Below, in pieces: positions 1 through 10,826 of a stretch of 40,950 nucleotides of DNA. Source of the DNA: Acidobacteriota bacterium (GTDB lineage Bacteria > Acidobacteriota > Polarisedimenticolia > Gp22-AA2); the NCBI GenBank assembly GCA_003223145.1, contig QHXY01000150.1, positions 1 to 40,950 on the forward strand, given 5' to 3'. Each line of letters begins with the position of its first letter. Position 1 is the stretch's first letter. Below the pieces are notes generated by a model. It was not told the origin of the DNA. It did no database searches and saw only the letters and a program-made list of their open reading frames with translations. The position numbers were made by a program, and so were the translations under genes.

Positions 1-429
1 GACCTTGGGATAGACGCGGCAGATGGTGCCCGTGGTGTCGATGACGAAGGTGGTCCGGTGGATGCCGAAGAACTCTCGGCCGAGGAAGCTCTTCTTGCCG
101 TAGACCCCGTACGCCGTGCAGGCCTCTCCGTCCGGGTCGCTGAGGAGGAGGAAGGGCAGCCGGTGTTTACCGGAGAATTTCTCGTGCGACTCCAGACCGT
201 CGCGGCTGACACCGAGGATCACGGTGTTTTCCCCCTCGAAGAGGCTGTAGGCGTCGCGGAAGCCGCACGCCTCCATGGTGCAGCCCGGGGTGGAATCCTT
301 CGGGTAGAAATACAGGACGAGGTTTTTCTTGCCGAGGAAATCCTTCAGGCCGATCCTCTTACCCCCGGTCCCCACGAGAGAGAAGTCGGGAGCTTTCGAG
401 CCGACCTGGGGTATCGCGTCATTCTCCAT
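1..429 (-). CDS. bcp: thiol peroxidase / peroxiredoxin Bcp (PrxQ-type); 3' end runs off the window
   Basis: Minus-strand reading frame is open to position 1, so it has no stop in the window and is absent from the ORF track. ATG at 429-427. My translation MENDAIPQVGSKAPDFSLVG...LVLYFYPKDSTPGCTMEACGFRD...HRTTFVIDTTGTI has the Bcp active site PGCTxxxC. Confidence 0.85.
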   Translation of the reverse strand, partial: MENDAIPQVGSKAPDFSLVGTGGKRIGLKDFLGKKNLVLYFYPKDSTPGCTMEACGFRDAYSLFEGENTVILGVSRDGLESHEKFSGKHRLPFLLLSDPDGEACTAYGVYGKKSFLGREFFGIHRTTFVIDTTGTICRVYPKV

Positions 430-584
430 GCGGCGCCTCCTGTCGATCTCCCGGCCCCGGTCGTTTCGCTCTCCGGTCCCGGTTCTTCTTGATGCCTTGA
501 GATTCTAACACAGGGATCAGCGGTTCTCTGGCGCGAGCGCGCGCGCTCTGCTAGCATCCGGGCCACAGGCCGCAGGATGGAGCG

Positions 585-2072
<1,488 letters not shown>

Positions 2073-2311
2073 TCGCGGTCCACGCGCCCTCCAGGACGAT
2101 GAAGCCGACCTGGGACGCTGCGATGGCGACGGCGCACAGGACCAGGCCGCCGACCGCGTTGAACGCGTGATAGAGGAGGGAGTCCCGTCCCATGCGGCCA
2201 GCCTGGTGCGCGGCGTAAGCCGCCAGGATCAGCCCGGCCCCCGCCAGAGAAACGAGCTGGATCAGCACACTTTCCTGGACCCCCTCTGCGCCGGCCCGGG
2301 AGCGGCCCGTC

Positions 2312-3259
2312 TCACGACGCGGCGGGCAGAAGACGCTCCACCCTGGCCTGCTCCCTGAGCTGGTCCACATAGGCGCGGATCTTGTCCTGGCGCTCGCGCG
2401 CCGCGAGCCGGGCGCGAATCTTCTCTTTGGCCTGGTCGAGCGGGATCGGACCCTCCGGGCGCTTCTCGGTGACCTGGATGATGTGGAAACCGCGTCGCGA
2501 TTCGATCACGTCGCTGGTCTGCCCGGGCTGCAGCGTGAAGGCGACCCGCTCGATTGCCGGCGGCCCCTTGCCCTTGATGAGCAGGCCGGCATCGCCTCCC
2601 CTGGAGGCCTCGGGGCCGTCCGACTACCTGCGGGCGAGAACCGCGAAGTCGCCGCCGGAGCGGACCTCCTTGAGGATCGCCTCGATCTTCTCGCGGGCCT
2701 GGGCGCGGGCCTCGACCGAGGCGTCCGGCGGGAGGTGCACGACGATCTGTCTCAAACCGACCGCCTCGCGTCGCGTCACCTCCGACGGGTTCTGGTCGTA
2801 ATAACGTCTCACGTCCTCGTCGCTGATCTTGACGTCGCCGACGACCTGGCGATCGACGAAGCGCATCACCAGAAGCGTCCGCCGGACCTGGTCCTTGAAT
2901 TCGGTCTCGCTGACCCTGTTCTCCTGCAACGCTTTCGAGAAGTCCCCGGCGGACGGGAAGCTCTCCCTGATGCTCTGGTACTCGTGTTCCACGTCCTTGT
3001 CCGGCGGGGGGCCCTCCGTCTTGATCGCCTTCTGATAGAGCAGCTCGTTCTCGATGAGGCGCTCGAGCACCTTCTCGCGGGACGCCTGCAGCTCCTTGAG
3101 CCCCACGTTGGCCGGGCGGCGGCCGCGGAACTGGATCTGCACCGAGAGATCGAAATCGCGTCTCAGGATTGGCCTGCCGTTGACGCGCGCCACGACATCA
3201 GCAGCGGGAACGCCGGCCGCCGATCCGCCCCACGCGGCCACGAACAGGAGCGCGCCCAA
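2312..3259 (-). pseudogene. PpiC/parvulin-type peptidyl-prolyl isomerase (SurA/PrsA-like periplasmic chaperone), interrupted by in-frame TAG at 2626-2624
   Basis: Tracked ORFs 2624-3460 and 2312-2509 are in the same frame (2624-2312=312). Reading through gives ...SGGDFAVLARR*SDGPEASRGGDAGLLIKGKGPPAIERVAFTLQPGQTSDVIESRRGFHIIQVTEKR, a complete parvulin domain. The N-terminal SurA-like helical region follows a hydrophobic signal-like segment, ALGALLFVAAWGGSAAG. The start is uncertain: TTG at 3259 is the only candidate outside the mrp overlap. Confidence 0.7.
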
Positions 3260-4400
3260 GGCGGCCGGCGCGAGCCGGCGCCGCGGGAAGCCGAACGACG
3301 GGGGCGCGGGGACCGATTGACGACCGGGCGACGATTTCCTGCTCGTACTTCTTGAACGTGTTGACGCTGATGATGGCCGCCAGCTTCTCCGCCATGTCCT
3401 TGAAGGCCAGCGCTGGCCCGGACTTCGGATCGTGCACGACGACCGGACGGCCGTCATCACCCCCCTGCCGCACGCGCACGTCGAGCGGGATCTCCCCCAG
3501 GAACTGGGCTCCGAACTGCTCCGCCACCCGCTTTCCCCCGCCGTGGCTGAAGACCTCCACGCGCTCGCCGCAGTGCGGGCAATTGAAGTACGACATGTTC
3601 TCGATCACGCCGAGGATCGGCACGTTGACTTTCTTGAACATCGCGGCCGCCTTGCGAACGTCGAGCAGCGCCACGTCCTGCGGCGTGGTGACCAGGACCG
3701 CCCCCGTGAGCGGGATGATCTGCGACAGGGTGAGCTGCACATCGCCGGTGCCGGGCGGCAGGTCGATGAACAGATAGTCCAGCTTTCCCCACAGGACGTC
3801 GCCGAGAAACTGCTTCATGGCGCCATGCAGCATCGGGCCGCGCCACACCACCGGCTCGTCTTCCTTCAGGAAGAACGCCATGGACATCAACTTGATGCCG
3901 TGCACCGTCACGGGGACCAGCTTGCGGTCCTGCACCTCGGGCTTCGTCTTCAGCCCGAGCATCTGCGGGTCGTTGGGCCCGTAGATGTCGGCGTCCATCA
4001 GGCCGACGGCGGCGCCGGCCCGGGCGAAAGCCAGGGCCAGGTTCACGCTCACGGTCGATTTGCCGACACCCCCTTTGCCGGAGCCGATGGCCACGGCGTT
4101 GGCGACTTCGGGAATCAGGTCGCCAGTCGTCTCGATGCTCTTGCGCACTCGGGCGCCCATCTTGAGGTTGATCGAGCCCACACCCGGCACCCGCGACAAC
4201 GCCTCCTTGACGTCTTTTTCGATCTGAGCTTTCAGGGGGCAGCCGGGGGTGGTGAGATTGACTGTCAGGGAGACCCTGTCCGCCTCGACCTTCAGGTCTT
4301 CGATCATCCCCAGGGACACGATGTCCACGTGCAGCTCCGGGTCGATGACCGCCCGGAGGGCCTCGAGGATCTGCGCCTCCCCGGCATGCGCCACGCTCAC
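3198..4400 (-). CDS. mrp: Mrp/ApbC/NBP35-family Fe-S cluster carrier ATPase (DUF59 N-domain + P-loop)
   Basis: Part of tracked ORF 3198-4961; the upstream portion is GC-rich junk. GTG at 4400-4398 overlaps the TGA of the upstream gene (GTGA). Motifs: ILEALRAVIDPELHVDIVSLGMI (DUF59), GSGKGGVGKST (deviant Walker A) and the CPHCG cluster-binding motif. Confidence 0.85.
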   Translation of the reverse strand: MSVAHAGEAQILEALRAVIDPELHVDIVSLGMIEDLKVEADRVSLTVNLTTPGCPLKAQIEKDVKEALSRVPGVGSINLKMGARVRKSIETTGDLIPEVANAVAIGSGKGGVGKSTVSVNLALAFARAGAAVGLMDADIYGPNDPQMLGLKTKPEVQDRKLVPVTVHGIKLMSMAFFLKEDEPVVWRGPMLHGAMKQFLGDVLWGKLDYLFIDLPPGTGDVQLTLSQIIPLTGAVLVTTPQDVALLDVRKAAAMFKKVNVPILGVIENMSYFNCPHCGERVEVFSHGGGKRVAEQFGAQFLGEIPLDVRVRQGGDDGRPVVVHDPKSGPALAFKDMAEKLAAIISVNTFKKYEQEIVARSSIGPRAPVVRLPAAPARAGRLGRAPVRGRVGRIGGRRSRC

Positions 4401-5647
4401 GGCTGGTCCTCGCTCTCCCGGGCCAGCGCGGCGCCGCGTGGCGGCGACAGCGGTGAGGCGGCCGCGGTCACCTCCGGGCGGTCCCACGGCCGGGACAGCC
4501 CCGCCAGATCCCTCGGGACGTCTCCCACGCCCAGGACCTGGACCCGGAACCGATCGCCCATCCTGCCGGGCAGGATCAGCTCCTTGAGCGCTTCGCGATC
4601 CTTCAGGGCCTCGAGGAAGCGGCCCGCGGGCTGATCGTCCCCGCCCGCCAGAGGCGCCTCGGGGACCTGGATGAGCTCCAGCGCCCCGAGCCCCAGGAGG
4701 AATCGGGCCTGCGTAGTCAGCCCGAGTTGGCGCGCACCCGCGGATTCCGCGGCGCGCCGGATCGCCGTGAAGTCCAGGTGCGCGGTCAGATCCTGTTCCC
4801 CGGGCCGCTCGAGGAAATCCTCGCCGATGCGGTGCCGGTGGTACGCCAGGAGTGTGCCCCGGCGGCGCTGCGGCGCGTACAGCTCCGGCGCCTCGTAACC
4901 GTAATCCACGATCATCAGATAGCCGCGCTGCAGAAGACCGGCGGCCCACGACACCCAGCACGGCGCCGCCAGGTTGAGATCGATCTCCTGGCCGTCCTCC
5001 AGAACGATCCCGTTGTCATGGAGAAAGCACCCGACCGAATCGCTTGACAGCGGCGCCAGGATCTCGTGGAGGCCGCCGGCGCCGGCGTCCACGTGGATCT
5101 CGCGCGGCCCCTGCGGCGTTCCCATCACCCGGTGGACGGGGAACGCGTCCAGCACCTCGTTGGCGAACAGACAGCCGGCGAACTTCGCGCGCCGGTCCAG
5201 GTCCTGCTCGCTCAGCCACTGCACGGCGCTCGCAGAGCGCCCGGCCAGGCGGGATCTCTGGCGCTCGGCCAGCACCGGGCTCGGCTCCACCATCACGTAA
5301 CGGAGCGCCTTCGCAAACCCCTCGCTGCGGGCCGCTTCCCGCAGGAAGTCGAGGGCGAAGTACCCCTCCCCCGGCCCGAACTCCACGAAATGATAGGGAT
5401 CGGGCCGGCCGGCGCGGCGCCACATCTCATCCACCTGACGCGCCAGAAGGAGGCCGAAGGCACTGTGGGTGCCGCTGCTGGTGAGATAGTCGCGCCCGCC
5501 GCCTCCGCCGATGCCGCGGGTGTAGTATCCGAGCACCGGGTGATAGAGACACATCTCCATGAAGCGCGCGAACGGGATCGGTCCGCGCGCCCCGATCTCG
5601 GCGGCGATCTCCGAACGGAGCCGGTCGCTTGCGTCTTCACATGGCAT
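4397..5647 (-). CDS. class I SAM-dependent methyltransferase, NDUFAF7/MidA (DUF185) family
   Basis: Tracked ORF of 416 aa. PIPFARFMEMCLYHPVLGYYT...FVEFGPGEGYFALD...ANEVLDAFPVHRV is the typical MidA/NDUFAF7 architecture. ATG at 5647 lies 3 nt after the nuoB stop. Confidence 0.8.
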   Translation of the reverse strand: MPCEDASDRLRSEIAAEIGARGPIPFARFMEMCLYHPVLGYYTRGIGGGGGRDYLTSSGTHSAFGLLLARQVDEMWRRAGRPDPYHFVEFGPGEGYFALDFLREAARSEGFAKALRYVMVEPSPVLAERQRSRLAGRSASAVQWLSEQDLDRRAKFAGCLFANEVLDAFPVHRVMGTPQGPREIHVDAGAGGLHEILAPLSSDSVGCFLHDNGIVLEDGQEIDLNLAAPCWVSWAAGLLQRGYLMIVDYGYEAPELYAPQRRRGTLLAYHRHRIGEDFLERPGEQDLTAHLDFTAIRRAAESAGARQLGLTTQARFLLGLGALELIQVPEAPLAGGDDQPAGRFLEALKDREALKELILPGRMGDRFRVQVLGVGDVPRDLAGLSRPWDRPEVTAAASPLSPPRGAALARESEDQP

Positions 5648-5650
5648 CGT

Positions 5651-6140
<490 letters not shown>

Positions 6141-6144
<4 letters not shown>

Positions 6145-6704
6145 CGCGCCGTGCCCCTGCCGGCGCACACGGGCTCGTGGGCTGTCTCGCTTGGCCCCTG
6201 CTTCGAGGTGAGACGCTGCCACTTCTTGATCGGATCGGGCCGTATGCCGCCCATCTCCAGGAGCTTCTCCTTCGGGAAAATCATCTCGGCGCGGTTCACA
6301 CCGACGGTCGTGTATTCCTTGGTCAGGAAGATCGCCTGCTCGGGGCAGACCTCCTCGCAATAACCGCACATGATGCAGCGCAGCATGTTGATCTCGAAGA
6401 CCCTGGGGCCCTTTTCGACGCCCGTCTGGATTTCCTGCGCCTCGATGTGAATCGCCTTGGGCGGGCAGACGTACTCGCACAGGAAACAGGCGACGCACTT
6501 CACCCGCTCCTCCTCGTCCCGGACCAGCGCCGGCAGTCCACGGTAATTGTCCGGCAGACTCCACCTCTGCTCCGGATACTGCATCGTCACCTTCGGCCGG
6601 AACATATGACGCAGCGTGATCCACATACCCTTCAGGATCGAGGGGAGATAGGTGAGCTCCAGCAGACCCGGCCTGGCGGGGCGCGCCACCGGCTTTCCGC
6701 TCAC
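6141..6704 (-). CDS. nuoI: NADH-quinone oxidoreductase subunit I (NuoI/Nqo9-like, 2x[4Fe-4S] ferredoxin)
   Basis: Part of tracked ORF 6141-6794. GTG at 6704-6702 overlaps the iscU TGA (GTGA). Motifs: [35 protein letters not shown] and [12 protein letters not shown]; all eight Cys are present. Confidence 0.8.
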
Positions 6705-7111
6705 CGGCACCGCACCGCCTCCCGCATCATCTCGAGCGCCTCGCGATGGCGCCGCAGAGCCTCCTGGATCGCCTGTTCCGCGAGGACGGAGCACTGGATC
6801 TTCGATTCCGGCAGGCCCCCCAGGGCGACAGCCACGTCCCGGTTGGTGAGGCGTCCCGCCTCCTCGATCGTCTTCCCCACGATGAGCGTCGTTGCCATGC
6901 TGCCCGAGGCGATCGCAGCGGTGCAGCCGAAGCTCTTGAACAGCGCTTCCCTGACGACACCGTTTTCGATCCTCAGGCTGATCTTCAGGACATCGCCGGT
7001 CGTCGGATCGCCCACCTGGGCGACGGCGGGAGACCCCAGGATCTCGCCGACATTGCGCGGATTCCTGTAGTGGTCCATGACCGCGTCGCTGTACCTGAGA
7101 GATTCCGGCAT
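6701..7111 (-). CDS. iscU: IscU/NifU-N-like Fe-S scaffold protein (atypical: first Cys ligand replaced)
   Basis: Part of tracked ORF 6701-7213; ATG at 7111. MPESLRYSDAVMDHYRNPRNVG...GDPTTGDVLKISL...FKSFGCTAAIASGSM...KIQCSVLAEQAI aligns along the full length with IscU. The GxPxCGD cysteine reads TT here. Confidence 0.8.
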   Translation of the reverse strand: MPESLRYSDAVMDHYRNPRNVGEILGSPAVAQVGDPTTGDVLKISLRIENGVVREALFKSFGCTAAIASGSMATTLIVGKTIEEAGRLTNRDVAVALGGLPESKIQCSVLAEQAIQEALRRHREALEMMREAVRCR

Positions 7112-7199
7112 CGGCTCACCCGCAGGTCCGCGCGAGCGTTCGCTTCGAATAACGGACCCAAGAGCTCCGACACCATCGTATGGGGGACGCAAATCCCTG

Positions 7200-8090
7200 T
7201 CAAGGCAACACATCGCGGGCTTCGGCGTCCAGAGACTCGAGCGCCGCGCCGGCGGTCCTGCGGATTTTCTCGTTCGCGTCCGACTCCGACGCGCGCTTCA
7301 GGGCCGCCCGCGCGGCGGCGTTCTTGAGGAGGGCCAGGGCGCGGATCGCATTGAGGGAGGGCGAGGCTCCATCGGACGGGTCGGCGTCCCCCGCCCGCGC
7401 CGGAACCGGTGCCGGGATCGCGAGAATCTCGAGGAGCAGCGACTCTCCGGAAGCGTCGCCGATCCGCGCCAACGAAATCGCGGCGTTCCAGCGTACGTCC
7501 CGTTCCCGGTCTCCGAGCGCCCTCTTGAGCACGGGCGCGCCATCGTGGTCACCCATCTGACCGAGGGCAAAAACGGCCATCGTGCGCACCCCAGCGTCCG
7601 AATCGGCTGCCGCCGCACGCAGTTCGGCGATCGCATCCCGATCGGCGATCTGCATCAGTCCCCAGACGCAGAACAACCGTGTTGCCCCGTCCGTGTCCTT
7701 CAAACCTTCCCGGAGCGCCGCGGCGGCGTGCGAATCGCCGGAGCGCCCGAGCGCCAAGGCCAGATACCGCCTGAGCTTCAGGTCACCCTGCGATCCGGCG
7801 TCCCGGAAGGCGTTCGCCATTCCCGGGATCAGGGTCCCCGCGTTTCCCGGAGCGCTCGAGCGCAGGAGCAGGGAGAAGTCGTAACCGGCCTGCCAGCGCT
7901 TCGGATCTTTGACCCACGGCAGAAGGAAGCTTCTATTGCCCTTCAGATCGTCCAGGGCGGTCTGGGGGTCCGGATGCCGTGAGCGCAACACCTGCAGCCC
8001 GAAGAAGACGCTCACCAGCACCGCCACGAGACTGAGCGGCACGATGAAGAACTGCAGGACCACCTTCCAGTCACTGCGATCGTCGGCCAT
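7200..8090 (-). CDS. membrane-anchored HEAT-repeat (PBS-lyase-like) protein
   Basis: Part of tracked ORF 7200-8240; ATG at 8090. It has an N-terminal TM (VVLQFFIVPLSLVAVLVSVFFGL) followed by repeated D.D..VR..A..ALG..GD motifs typical of HEAT_2/PBS-lyase repeats. Confidence 0.7.
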   Translation of the reverse strand: MADDRSDWKVVLQFFIVPLSLVAVLVSVFFGLQVLRSRHPDPQTALDDLKGNRSFLLPWVKDPKRWQAGYDFSLLLRSSAPGNAGTLIPGMANAFRDAGSQGDLKLRRYLALALGRSGDSHAAAALREGLKDTDGATRLFCVWGLMQIADRDAIAELRAAAADSDAGVRTMAVFALGQMGDHDGAPVLKRALGDRERDVRWNAAISLARIGDASGESLLLEILAIPAPVPARAGDADPSDGASPSLNAIRALALLKNAAARAALKRASESDANEKIRRTAGAALESLDAEARDVLP

Positions 8091-8097
8091 CGTCCTC

Positions 8098-8556
8098 TCA
8101 GGCCGTCCGGGGGCGGCGGTCGACCGCCTCCTGGGCATGGATGTCGAAGGGGCCGTGCACGGGGTTGCTGCGGAAGCCCCGGTGCACCGAGCCGCAGCCG
8201 TAGCACAGGGTCGCGTCTCCGAGAGCGTAGTACAGGCCAAGGTCGATCAGCGTCGCCGCCAGAAGACTCAGCCCCCAGGTCGGCACGCTCAGGGCCGCGG
8301 CGACGACGAAGACCCACAGCCCCGCCCTCTTGCTGAAGTCCTTCTGGGTGTACAGGCGATCCAGCCCGCAGCGCAGGCAGCGCGTCAGGAGACGCGACTG
8401 CACGATCGGGCCGTCGGCGCGCAGGGCAAACGCACGACCGCAGTCGGGGCAGGCGCCACTGGCGTCCTGCGGATCGACCGCGCTGACGATCTCGCGCCCG
8501 CACCCTTCGCACAGGAATGAAACGCTCAAGGGTCTCGAGGGTCGCCCCATCGGCAT
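8098..8556 (-). CDS. double zinc-ribbon membrane protein (4x CxxC, 2 TM), unknown function
   Basis: C-terminal 152 codons of tracked ORF 8098-9870. ATG at 8556 overlaps the upstream TGA (ATGA). It has CEGC...CPDC...CLRC, then two TM helices (GLWVFVVAAALSVPTWGLSLLAATLIDLGLYYAL), then CYGC. Confidence 0.6.
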   Translation of the reverse strand: MPMGRPSRPLSVSFLCEGCGREIVSAVDPQDASGACPDCGRAFALRADGPIVQSRLLTRCLRCGLDRLYTQKDFSKRAGLWVFVVAAALSVPTWGLSLLAATLIDLGLYYALGDATLCYGCGSVHRGFRSNPVHGPFDIHAQEAVDRRPRTA

Positions 8557-9344
8557 CACATCGGGCCTGCGCCGGCGACCGCGAGGTAGCGCGCCAGGAA
8601 CTCTCCATACACCACGAAGATCACCGCGAGGTAGAGGATGCCGGTCGCCGACTGGGTCGACCGGATACGCGCCGTCTCGTACACCATTCCAGCGAACGCC
8701 GCAGGCCCCAGTATCCCGAAGAACAACCTCTGCCAGAAGAACAGACCACGGTCGACTGCCATGGTCCTCAGGAAGCGCTCGAGGCCCGACGGTGACCGGA
8801 GCCCGGCGTCGACGAGTCCGGCGATGAGAAACGCGGCGCGCGCCGCCACCGCGACGGCGTAGAAGCGGGCGAATCTCATCAGATGAGAGATGTCCAGCCG
8901 GATCCTCACCAGGTACCAGTGCCCCAGCAGCATGCCCACCGTGACCGCGCCGAGGAGCGCCGCGGCGGCGAGCGCGTTCGCGCTGAAGAACCATTTCGCC
9001 CCGGCCGCGCCCGCGATCATCCAGCCGTCCGTCGCGGTGGCGAGCAGCGTCGCGACCGCCGCGGCGACGAGCAGTCCGCTGGAGGAGCGGCCGCCGCGCC
9101 GCATGAGGAGCGCCGCAAGATAGGCCATGACCAGGGTCACGGAGGCGAGGGCCAGAAAGAAGGCGCCCGGCGCCGCGCTCCGAGCCGCGACGCGATAAGG
9201 CGCCGCGATACAAAGGAACAGGAAGGCCAGAAAGGCGTTCAGGACGAAGAAGAAACGCCCCAGCTCCCGGAAAGGAGCGAGCAGCAGCGCCGCAAGAATG
9301 CCCGCAGCGGTGCTGGTGAAGAAACCGATGGCGATGGTGCCCAC
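8556..9344 (-). CDS. polytopic (about 8 TM) membrane protein, unknown function
   Basis: Tracked ORF of 262 aa. GTG at 9344 is preceded by GGGGAGA. The protein is very hydrophobic with short Arg-rich loops and a conserved-looking LLGHWYLV motif. Confidence 0.6.
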   Translation of the reverse strand: MGTIAIGFFTSTAAGILAALLLAPFRELGRFFFVLNAFLAFLFLCIAAPYRVAARSAAPGAFFLALASVTLVMAYLAALLMRRGGRSSSGLLVAAAVATLLATATDGWMIAGAAGAKWFFSANALAAAALLGAVTVGMLLGHWYLVRIRLDISHLMRFARFYAVAVAARAAFLIAGLVDAGLRSPSGLERFLRTMAVDRGLFFWQRLFFGILGPAAFAGMVYETARIRSTQSATGILYLAVIFVVYGEFLARYLAVAGAGPM

Positions 9345-9413
9345 ACGTTCTCCCCGTGACCTCCGGAGCGCGGAAGGATAGCACAGCGAAGCGGAGCGCC
9401 GGGACGGCCGCGC

Positions 9414-10439
9414 TCAGCCGCCGATCTGCCACATCTTGCGTTGCAGCCGCTCCCGATAGAACTGGTGCAAGTCGAGACAGCCGCCGGCCTCCTTGCGCGC
9501 AACAGCGGCCTGCAGAGCCTCGGCGATTCGCGCGTCCGGGCTCCCCCCCCTCAGGAGGGCGGCGAGGTCGGTCTCGGTGCGGGAGAACAGACAGGTGCGG
9601 ATCCTGCCGTCGGCGGTGATTCGGATGCGATCGCAGTCGGCGCAGAAGGGCTCCGTGACCGGGTTGATGAAACCGATGTCGCCCGCCCCACCCGCGATGC
9701 GGAAGACGTTCGCCGGCGCCGACGGCCGATCGCGGCCGACCGGCACCAGCGGGTAGATCTCCTCGATGCGCCTCCTGACCTCGCGGCCGGGAACCAGGCG
9801 ATCCAGCTCGAACGGCTCTCCCCCGCCGAGTGGCATCAATTCGATGAAGCGGACCTGATAGGGACGGCACAGCGCCAGCTCGACGAAGCGCACGATCTGG
9901 TCCTCGTTCACGCCGCGCAGCAACACGACATTGATCTTGACCGGCGTCGCCTTCAGGCGCTCAAGCTCCCGGAGACCCGACAGCACCCTGTCCAGACCGG
10001 CGCGTCGGCTCATGCGGCTGAACCCGGCCGGCTCCAGAGAGTCCATGTGCACGTTGAAGCGGCGCACGCCGGCCACGAGGAGCGGCTCCGCCATCTCCGC
10101 CAGCAGCAGTCCGTTGGTGGTGACCGCCAGATCCTCAATGCCCTCGATCCGCGACAGCATGCGGGCGAGGACGGGCAAATCCCTGCGCACAAGCGGCTCG
10201 CCCCCGGTCAGCCGGATCTCGCGCACCCCGAGGGACGCGAGGATCGTCGCCACGCGACCGATCTCCTCGTAGGTCAGGATGCGCTTCTTGGGGAACCAGG
10301 GGATCTCCCCGTCCGGCATGCAGTAGAGGCAGCGAAGATTGCAGCGATCGGTCACCGAGATGCGCAGGCTGCGAACCACCCGCCCGAAACGGTCGGCGAG
10401 GAGGGGTGTCGGCATGGCCGTGCACGGTGTCGCAGGCAT
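9414..10439 (-). CDS. moaA: GTP 3',8-cyclase (molybdenum cofactor biosynthesis radical-SAM enzyme MoaA)
   Basis: Tracked ORF of 341 aa. Motifs: SVTDRCNLRCLYCMP radical-SAM motif, C-terminal CADCDRIRITADGRIRTCLF cluster, and the terminal ..QIGG. An alternative ATG at 10415 (MPTPLLADRFGR..) fits homologue N-termini better. Confidence 0.9.
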   Translation of the reverse strand: MPATPCTAMPTPLLADRFGRVVRSLRISVTDRCNLRCLYCMPDGEIPWFPKKRILTYEEIGRVATILASLGVREIRLTGGEPLVRRDLPVLARMLSRIEGIEDLAVTTNGLLLAEMAEPLLVAGVRRFNVHMDSLEPAGFSRMSRRAGLDRVLSGLRELERLKATPVKINVVLLRGVNEDQIVRFVELALCRPYQVRFIELMPLGGGEPFELDRLVPGREVRRRIEEIYPLVPVGRDRPSAPANVFRIAGGAGDIGFINPVTEPFCADCDRIRITADGRIRTCLFSRTETDLAALLRGGSPDARIAEALQAAVARKEAGGCLDLHQFYRERLQRKMWQIGG

Positions 10440-10469
10440 GCCGGGATTATAGCCGCATTCGGAGGAGTC

Positions 10470-10820
10470 TTACACCGGCAAGGTCGTCGGGTCGGCGTCG
10501 CCGGTGGGCGGGGCCGCCGGGTCTCTCTTCTTGAAGAGAAGACGCTCCACGACCCGGCCCCCCACGAGGTGGTCGCGGACGATCTCGGCGACGTCCGGCG
10601 GCCTGACGCCGCTGTAGACGACGCCGTCCGGATAGATGATGACGTTCGGGCCGTAGGTGCACAGCCCGAAACAGATGCATGCCGTGTCCTTGACCGAGGC
10701 CGGCAGCGCCTGACGGACGAACTGCCGGCGAAACTCCTGACGGATGCGTTCCGACTGGCGCTCTCCACCGCAGCGCGGGCCGGTGCAGATGAGGACGTGC
10801 TGGCGGAACGGGAGGTTCAC
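10470..10820 (-). CDS. thioredoxin-like [2Fe-2S] ferredoxin
   Basis: Tracked ORF of 116 aa with a GTG start at 10820. HVLICTGPRCG (Cx4C) ... ACICFGLCTYGPNVIIYPDGVVY (Cx3C) is the Trx-like 2Fe-2S ferredoxin pattern. Confidence 0.7.
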   Translation of the reverse strand: MNLPFRQHVLICTGPRCGGERQSERIRQEFRRQFVRQALPASVKDTACICFGLCTYGPNVIIYPDGVVYSGVRPPDVAEIVRDHLVGGRVVERLLFKKRDPAAPPTGDADPTTLPV

Positions 10821-10826
10821 GCGACC

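Noticed and set aside
3198-4961. 587-aa version of the mrp ORF, and the similarly extended N-termini of ORFs 11965-13932, 21685-23235, 34311-35423 and 35410-36834.
   Set aside because: The upstream extensions overlap the preceding genes and are low-complexity. Internal GTG or ATG starts coincide with homologue N-termini and with 4-nt stop/start overlaps or Shine-Dalgarno motifs.
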